Shown piece by piece: positions 58,184-64,000 of a stretch of 64,000 nucleotides of DNA. Origin of the DNA: Myxococcota bacterium (GTDB lineage Bacteria > Myxococcota_A > UBA9160 > UBA6930). Below the pieces are notes generated by a model. The model was not told the origin of the DNA and did no database searches. It saw nothing but the letters and a program-made list of their open reading frames with translations. A program made the translations under genes and the position numbers. How positions within the stretch are numbered: position 1 is the first letter of the stretch; each line of letters starts with the position of its first letter. Where the stretch lies: assembly GCA_965223415.1 (NCBI GenBank), contig OZ245002.1:1184001-1248000 (forward strand), read 5' to 3'.

Positions 58184-58717
58184 CGGAGAAGCAGGTAGAC
58201 CTCGGCTCCCCTTCGCTTCTCGAACTCGGCTTCGACGAGGGCCGAGGCAAGGCGAAGAAGGGAACCCCCAGAATCCGGGCGGAAGGCGGGCCCCCTCATC
58301 CAGCGCGCGGACGCAGTCGGCCCAGCGCGAGCTGGTTTGACCAGGTCAATTCAGGAGCTTCGCCGAGCTCATGAACGGGGAGACGGCGTCGAGGTATTCG
58401 CGCATCGTCGGGTTCTGCGGAATTTTAGCGCCTGCTTCGACCGCGGCGGCTTCCGCTTGCGCGACCCAGTTCTCGGCATCCGCTGTGGGCGCGTAGTAGC
58501 CGTCTTTCGTCCGAACCAGGAGCCCCGCCCCTCAGGCATCGGCAAGGAGCTGGTCGAGCTCGGCATCGCTCGGGCTGGAACCAGTTTCGCTATCAGGCTT
58601 TTTCGTTTGCCCCCCTCGGGTCCGGCGGCCAAGAGCCGCTGCTCAAGGAGGTAGTCCTGAAGCCGAACTTCCACAGCGGGAAAGCGCAGCTCCGTGCGAG
58701 GGACCGAGAGCAACGCG

Positions 58718-59455
58718 CTAGTGGAGACAGCGGCGAAGGCCGAATGCGAGAGCGCCTGAGGCGAAGAGCAGCAACGTGGCCGGCTCGGGGACGGTGTTGA
58801 GGGTCAGGCTGAAATTGTCGTAGCCGCCCGTGATATCGAAGATGCCGCCAGAGTTGGCTGTGAAGAACCCCCACTCGATTGGCGAGCCGGATGCGGAGAA
58901 GTCGGGACCGCCCGGGGCCGTGTGACTAAAGAAGTGAGTCGCGTCGATAGGCTCACACGTGAACCCGATGTCGAGGTAGAACTGCAGACAGGGCGTCGGA
59001 CTCCCCAACCCCACCACATTCTCAAAATGGATTCGCTCCCATACTCCCAACTGCCCGACGCTTCCGCCGTGGAGAAAGACGTGGCCGTCCTGGCGAAAGG
59101 CGAGCCCCGCGGCCTGGGTCTGGCCCGGAAGGGCCGCGAGGAGCGCCCCATCCATTCCGCCAGTCAGGTCCTGAATAGCACCCTGAGTTGAGGGGTCGTA
59201 GAGCATCCCATCGAGGGCATGGAAGACCCAGATGTTATCCCCGCCAGCGGTCGTGCTGAGGTTCACGCGCAGGTACGAATCGGGATTGCCGCCGGTCGGC
59301 AGCTGGTCGGCGACGAAACCCGAGAACGCCGTGGCGGTGATTACCTGGGAATCGACGTTTGCGAACTCGGTATCTGAGAACAGGATGGTGGCCGCAGACG
59401 CCGGCTGAGCGAGACCAAGGCATACAAGAGCAAGGGTGCAGAGGAATCGGCGCAT
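58718..59455 (-). CDS. PEP-CTERM sorting-domain protein
   Basis: Signal peptide; C-terminal VPEPATLLLFASGALAFGLRR. Confidence 0.88.
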   Translation of the reverse strand: MRRFLCTLALVCLGLAQPASAATILFSDTEFANVDSQVITATAFSGFVADQLPTGGNPDSYLRVNLSTTAGGDNIWVFHALDGMLYDPSTQGAIQDLTGGMDGALLAALPGQTQAAGLAFRQDGHVFLHGGSVGQLGVWERIHFENVVGLGSPTPCLQFYLDIGFTCEPIDATHFFSHTAPGGPDFSASGSPIEWGFFTANSGGIFDITGGYDNFSLTLNTVPEPATLLLFASGALAFGLRRCLH

Positions 59456-59492
59456 CGGGCCCTCCACGGATGGGTGCTTCGGGCCACAGATA

Positions 59493-59511
59493 ATATCTAC
59501 CTTTTAGATAT
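59493..59511. promoter_or_regulatory. AT-rich palindrome, candidate XRE operator
   Basis: ATATCTA-N5-TAGATAT between divergent PEP-CTERM and XRE genes. Confidence 0.5.
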
Positions 59512-59553
59512 CTGCAAACGGCATCGAATCTCTGGGCGTCCGGAGACGCCCCG

Positions 59554-59787
59554 ATGCCGAGCTCCCTTCACAGCAAGAGGTACCGAGTTCTTGTCGCTCG
59601 ACTCCGCGAAGCGAGGATTGCTGCAGGGCTGACCCAAGAGCAGGTCGCAAAGAAAATGAGGCGACCCCAGAGCTGGATTTCTCGCTGTGAGAGCCGAAAG
59701 CGACGCATCGACCTAGTGGAGCTAGAAGACCTCGCGGACCTCTATGGGGTCCCGCTCGACTTCTTCAGGACCAGCCGGCGGCGGTAG
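59554..59787 (+). CDS. XRE-family HTH regulator
   Basis: LREARIAAGLTQEQVA...QSWISRCE...RRIDLVEL. Confidence 0.88.
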   Translation: MPSSLHSKRYRVLVARLREARIAAGLTQEQVAKKMRRPQSWISRCESRKRRIDLVELEDLADLYGVPLDFFRTSRRR

Positions 59788-59912
59788 AGCCCACGTCATA
59801 ACTCACGCCGCCAGGGCCTCTGGCGCCTCTTCCGCAGGCGCTCGAAGAGCTCCTTCCGGAGCGCTTCGGCTAGAGCTCGCGCGTTTCCGGCTCCAGTAGC
59901 CCGGCGAGGGCG

Positions 59913-60251
59913 CTACTCGTCGAGCGGGACCTCTTGATAGAGATACTGGCCCTCGGGGCCTGCCGTCCGCTCGAGGCGGGTCCCTCTCTCCTTCATGGTT
60001 CGTTGGACGTCGCGCATCGCGCGGGCTTCAGCAAGTTCGTCCCGCCGCTCGTCCATAGCAACCCTGTTTCGAGCCACCCAGTCGAGGAGCTCCCGCCAGA
60101 TCTGCTCGGGCGGTGCTTCGTCGGACCACTCCGGGCAGGAACGGCAAAGCATCGCATAGAAGAGCTCCCCAGGGTTGTCGCAACCGGCTTCATCCGCGAA
60201 ATCGACGATCCACCTGGCAATGAAGTCTTCGTCTGGAAGTCCAAATGGCAT
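59913..60251 (-). CDS. Hypothetical protein
   Basis: ATG with GGAAGG RBS; part of a run of minus-strand ORFs. Confidence 0.5.
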   Translation of the reverse strand: MPFGLPDEDFIARWIVDFADEAGCDNPGELFYAMLCRSCPEWSDEAPPEQIWRELLDWVARNRVAMDERRDELAEARAMRDVQRTMKERGTRLERTAGPEGQYLYQEVPLDE

Positions 60252-60435
60252 GCCTTCCGAATCGCACGGAACCGGTTTGAAGTCAAAGCCCCTCGGCTCA
60301 AAGCCGAGAGCCCGGGCTTTCGGCGACAACCAACCCTCCCCACACCCCGAAGGCGGGGTCAAGAACTTATCGACGCGCAACGCGCGCCCGAAGGGGAATC
60401 GAGAAGTCCTTGATGCCGACGAAGTGGTGTGGTCC

Positions 60436-60726
60436 CTAGCCCTCTCGCTGCGCGTGGCGGGCCAGTACGCGCCGCTCCCACTGCTCGACCGCGGCGCGGA
60501 GCTTGAACGGTTCGAGCTCCTCGGGGAGCTTTCCTCCGCACTCCCACTCGTAGAGCATCCGCTTCACAACCTCGTAGACGGTTCGGCCAGTGTCTCGCGC
60601 ACAACCAAGTGCGCCCTCCCAACGGGGGAACCCGTGGAGGAGCCAGGCGGCAAAGAGCGGCTCCCAATCGCGCATCATCTCGGCCTGGAGAAGGCCTGGG
60701 GTGTATGGGTCTGGTTCCCTGGGCAT
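60436..60726 (-). CDS. Hypothetical protein
   Basis: Co-oriented small ORF. Confidence 0.45.
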   Translation of the reverse strand: MPREPDPYTPGLLQAEMMRDWEPLFAAWLLHGFPRWEGALGCARDTGRTVYEVVKRMLYEWECGGKLPEELEPFKLRAAVEQWERRVLARHAQREG

Positions 60727-60808
60727 GCTCAATCGTTGCCCAAGACGCGCTCGCTAAGCAAGCGAAGAGTAAGGTGCGCCAGGTGGAGTTGACGCATGAG
60801 GATTGTCG

Positions 60809-61057
60809 TTACGCCGCCCCTCGAAGCCTGTCGGCCATCTTCTGGAAGATGAAGCCAACGGCATCGGGGATGCACCGAACGAGCGAGAGAAGGTCGTAGA
60901 AGGAGTAACTGTCCGTATCGTGATACTCGCCGTCCTTCTTGTACTGGACCTTGAAGGTGGTGTTGTAGAACGCCCCTTCGCTCCCGTGGTTCTCCCAGAC
61001 CGCGACCTGGACTCTGCCGTGCCTCGCGTCGAACGCGGGCTTTCGTTTCTCCGTCAT
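60809..61057 (-). CDS. Small beta-rich protein, possibly ssDNA-binding
   Basis: GRVQVAVWEN...FYNTTFKVQYKKDGEYHDTDSYS; RBS GAGAGG; function inferred. Confidence 0.6.
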   Translation of the reverse strand: MTEKRKPAFDARHGRVQVAVWENHGSEGAFYNTTFKVQYKKDGEYHDTDSYSFYDLLSLVRCIPDAVGFIFQKMADRLRGAA

Positions 61058-61333
61058 GTAGTAGTACCTCTCTGGCGAGACGTTCGTAGCGAACACCTCG
61101 CGCGGGTCATAGCCACGCTCCCGAAGAAGCCTGGCAAGTTTCCAATCCGGAATCGGCCCTTGCTCGCCAACGACGAGCACGAACCGACGTCAGGTCGGCC
61201 TCCCGTCGCGCGCTTCCACGCGCTCGAGAAACCGTTCGACTGTCAGTGTTTCATGGTGGAGGTCCACCACGTGTATCACCTCCTTTCTCTGCGCCGTTTC
61301 CACCTGGGCGTAGGTGTTATGGGCGGGGAGGCG

Positions 61334-61777
61334 CTAAAGGTGACGGCCAAAGAGGAGCGCTTGAACGGGCTCGCCAAAGCACTCAATCCGAACAGAAAAC
61401 CCCGGGGCGGTCGAGACGAGGTCCCGAGAGAGGGACTCGAGCGTTTCCTCAAGCAACGCCCGCTCTTCCGCAGGAGCGTCTCGGTGCTCCAGGTGGGCGT
61501 CGACCGACCAGGTTTCGCTGTGCGCGTCGTAGCGAACGAAGAGGGTGGGCTTCTCACCGAGCGCCTCGCGCGCCTCTTCGGTGTAGTGCTCGAGGGTAGC
61601 CTCGAAACGCTTCGGAAGGTTCTCCCATTCGGGCACGTGGATGGTCGAAGCCTCGGGGGCCGGTGCGACGGTAGGGTGTTCGGAGCGGCGTTCGGTGGCC
61701 GACGCTTTTTCGGGGTCACGACGCTCGAGAAGGTCTCGAAGCGCTTCGAACGGGCGGTAGCGGTCTTCGTCTTCCAT
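61334..61777 (-). CDS. Hypothetical protein
   Basis: Operon-like spacing, RBS AGGAG. Confidence 0.55.
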   Translation of the reverse strand: MEDEDRYRPFEALRDLLERRDPEKASATERRSEHPTVAPAPEASTIHVPEWENLPKRFEATLEHYTEEAREALGEKPTLFVRYDAHSETWSVDAHLEHRDAPAEERALLEETLESLSRDLVSTAPGFSVRIECFGEPVQALLFGRHL

Positions 61778-61789
61778 GTTGGGGGTCTC

Positions 61790-62515
61790 CTAGCGGATGA
61801 TTCCGAAGTGGTTCTCGAAGTTCTGCTCATGGCCGAGCGCCTGGCTAACTTCCTTGCCGTTCGCGGAGAGGTCGAAATCCAAGTCCCCGTGCTTCGCAAG
61901 GAGCACCTCTCCATAGCTTCGAAGGCGGGCCTCGAGCCGCCCCTCAAGGTCTTCGGGCTCTTCAAGAGTCACCTTCACGGCGAGCGCCCCACCCGGCCGC
62001 TCGTAGACTGAAATCACGGGCGTTTCTCCGAGGTTCTCTCGGATGTTGGTCTCGATGTCGTGGGCGAGCTCTTTCACCTCCAGGAGCCGGCCGGAGGACT
62101 CGAGGAAGAAGCTCGTCTCGGCCCAGTGCTTGTGTTGATGGAGCTGGGCATCCTCCCTCCCTGCGAGGAGGAACTCGAACTCGAGCCGGTCGCCAGTGAG
62201 AAGTGTCAGATGCTCGTCGGCCTTTACGAGGACCTCACGAAGGGCCTCGGTATCCGCAACCCAGCGGGCGCTCTCGCGACCCTCGTAGACGCCTCGGGGG
62301 TTCACATCGACCGTCCACCGACCGTTATCTTCGGTGAGAAGAATCGCCGCCCTCCAGCCGAGCTCCTGTTCCGTGGTCTCTTCGACTGCGGTAAGGGCAT
62401 GGCGCAGTTCTTCGGGCATCTCCCCGGGAAAGCTCGGTTCCGAGCCAAACCACCTCTCGAGGTAGGTATCGAGGAGTTTCGAGAGAAACGGAAGCCGGTC
62501 GCGTTCGGCTTGCAT
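61790..62515 (-). CDS. Hypothetical protein
   Basis: Operon-like spacing, RBS AGGAG, acidic protein. Confidence 0.6.
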   Translation of the reverse strand: MQAERDRLPFLSKLLDTYLERWFGSEPSFPGEMPEELRHALTAVEETTEQELGWRAAILLTEDNGRWTVDVNPRGVYEGRESARWVADTEALREVLVKADEHLTLLTGDRLEFEFLLAGREDAQLHQHKHWAETSFFLESSGRLLEVKELAHDIETNIRENLGETPVISVYERPGGALAVKVTLEEPEDLEGRLEARLRSYGEVLLAKHGDLDFDLSANGKEVSQALGHEQNFENHFGIIR

Positions 62516-62527
62516 CGCGGGGTGCTC

Positions 62528-63346
62528 CTAGTAGAGGCAGGTTCGGGGAACGAACGTCTGGGCGTGGTCGCGGGCTGCTCGAAGGTCTCGGTCGAGCGTG
62601 CCGTTCCCGAAGAGCTCCGAATAGGCGCGCGTGGTGGCCTCGCTCGGCTTTTGGGCAAGCGCTTCGTTGAGTGTCTCCAAGCGTGTTTCGCCAAAGAACC
62701 CGGAACAGGTGGCTTTCGTGGAGCGGAGCCGTCGTCTAAGCGAGCGGGCTTGCTCCCGGTCGTGCCCCTTGACGATTGGAGCAAAGGGGAGCGGCACGGG
62801 CGCCTCTTTGGCTTGCGCCTCTTGCATGGCGCGCCGAATGGAGCGCCTGCGCGTTTCGGCGCGACGGTTTGCTTCCTCAAGCTCTCGCCATTCCTCTCGC
62901 TTCTTCTGGACGACCAGCGCCTCTTTCATCTTGTGGAGCTTCTCGAGGCAGATCGGGTCCCAGTGCCGTTCGCAGGAAGGCTCAATGCGGGCCCGGGCGT
63001 CCGATCGGGCCCGGGCAACCGCGTCTCGGAAGCCACGCCGGAAACGCGCCACCTTTTCTTGGTCGACCCCTTCGCCAATGGGAAGGAAAGGCGGAATGCC
63101 GACACCGCGCGCGATGTCACTGTCGGAAGGAATGGCGGAGAGCTCCAGACCGCCATAGCGGCGCTGCCCCTCGAGGTAACCGCCGCGATACCACTTGAGG
63201 AACGGGCCATCCGGGGCCCGCTGAACGTGAATGACATCGGGTCCGCTGGCACACGCGGTGACGAGCGCCAGAGCTAGGACGGCGACGACAGCACGTCGTT
63301 TCCGCGTCGCAGCTCCCAGGCGGCACGAGCGGTTTCGCCTTCGCAT
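62528..63346 (-). CDS. Hypothetical lipoprotein
   Basis: Basic N-region, hydrophobic stretch, lipobox-like VTAC. Confidence 0.55.
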   Translation of the reverse strand: MRRRNRSCRLGAATRKRRAVVAVLALALVTACASGPDVIHVQRAPDGPFLKWYRGGYLEGQRRYGGLELSAIPSDSDIARGVGIPPFLPIGEGVDQEKVARFRRGFRDAVARARSDARARIEPSCERHWDPICLEKLHKMKEALVVQKKREEWRELEEANRRAETRRRSIRRAMQEAQAKEAPVPLPFAPIVKGHDREQARSLRRRLRSTKATCSGFFGETRLETLNEALAQKPSEATTRAYSELFGNGTLDRDLRAARDHAQTFVPRTCLY

Positions 63347-63999
63347 GTATCGCTCCCAGAGGCCTCGAGGGCTCGTTGGGTTTGGGCCCAGCTTCTGACG
63401 TACTTCGCCGGGTCCTGCTGGATTTCCACAGGGCAGTCGCCGCGCTCGGCGACCCGGGCGACAAAGGAGATGTTGAGATAAGGAGCCGCAACAGTCGGTG
63501 CCTCCTCCCGCGCGGCCTCACGGAACGCCTCCTCCTGCTCTGACGAGAGGAGTCCCCAGTACACGAACGGGCCTTCGCGATACTCAGTCACGACGTCTCT
63601 AGCCCGAACCTCCGTCGGGATGAGATACGAAAGCAGCGCTCCCCAGAGAGAGGCGTTCGAGAACGGCACCTCAACGCGCTCTGGGTAGCGGCCCATCTGG
63701 CGCGCGCAGGCCGCGATCGCCGCAAAGGCGGCCGTCTGGCCGCGCTTCGATGCATCGGGCATGCGGACAGTGAATCCGTGGGCGGAGACCGTGGCGGGCC
63801 GGTCATCACCTTGGAAGTCCACCTGCTCGTCCCCGCCTCCTGCCTCGGAGACGTACCGGGCGGCGCTGCCAGCGACGCGGTGCTCACTCCGGGCGGGACG
63901 TTTCGTGGTAGGTCTCTCCGGGGGCGCGGCAAAGCGGCGGACCAGGGCGAGCAGGCCAGCCACAAAGACGAATGACGCGACGAGCGCAGGAAGGTGCCA
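63274..63999 (-). CDS. Hypothetical membrane-anchored protein (5' end beyond window)
   Basis: Frame open to the window edge: WHLPALVASFVFVAGLLALVRR... Confidence 0.5.
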   Translation of the reverse strand, partial: WHLPALVASFVFVAGLLALVRRFAAPPERPTTKRPARSEHRVAGSAARYVSEAGGGDEQVDFQGDDRPATVSAHGFTVRMPDASKRGQTAAFAAIAACARQMGRYPERVEVPFSNASLWGALLSYLIPTEVRARDVVTEYREGPFVYWGLLSSEQEEAFREAAREEAPTVAAPYLNISFVARVAERGDCPVEIQQDPAKYVRSWAQTQRALEASGSDTCEGETARAAWELRRGNDVLSSPS

Positions 64000-64000
64000 G

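Noticed and set aside
58184..58715. Minus-strand coding-like remnant
   Set aside because: Broken by a stop and apparent frame changes; no recognisable family.
58500..61200. Alternative genetic code (TGA readthrough) in the island
   Set aside because: Only two in-frame TGAs in doubtful ORFs, while solid island genes (rep, parD) use TGA as a coupled stop.

Overview
High-GC bacterial chromosome segment; gene content suggests a Myxococcota/deltaproteobacterial-like lineage (inference only). It has two parts. (1) Positions 1-33 kb are host backbone: lnt, lipid/aromatic catabolism genes (SDRs, acyl-CoA synthetase and dehydrogenase, serine hydrolase, amidohydrolases, FAD monooxygenase), an ECF sigma/anti-sigma pair, a complete clade II N2O-reductase cluster (nosZ-cytc-cytc-nosB-D-G-H-F-L-Y), an intact IS21 and a perfect 41-bp palindrome. 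(2) From tRNA-Arg(TCG) at 33012-33088 to the window end lies a visibly lower-GC integrative element. It carries int-xis-rep-parB-parA, defence-like cargo (Gabija-type OLD+UvrD, a HEPN-like ORF, an SF2 helicase-nuclease, a frameshifted nuclease/Lit-like peptidase, an IS3-truncated TIR protein, ParDE), a second tyrosine recombinase flanked by inverted dif-like sites, and hypothetical genes. The most striking unexplained feature is a ~1.7-kb ORF-poor stretch (~38140-39835) almost tiled with hairpins, GNRA/UUCG tetraloops and nested long-range helices: a candidate giant structured non-coding RNA on the mobile element. All calls are from reading motifs by eye; no database searches were run.
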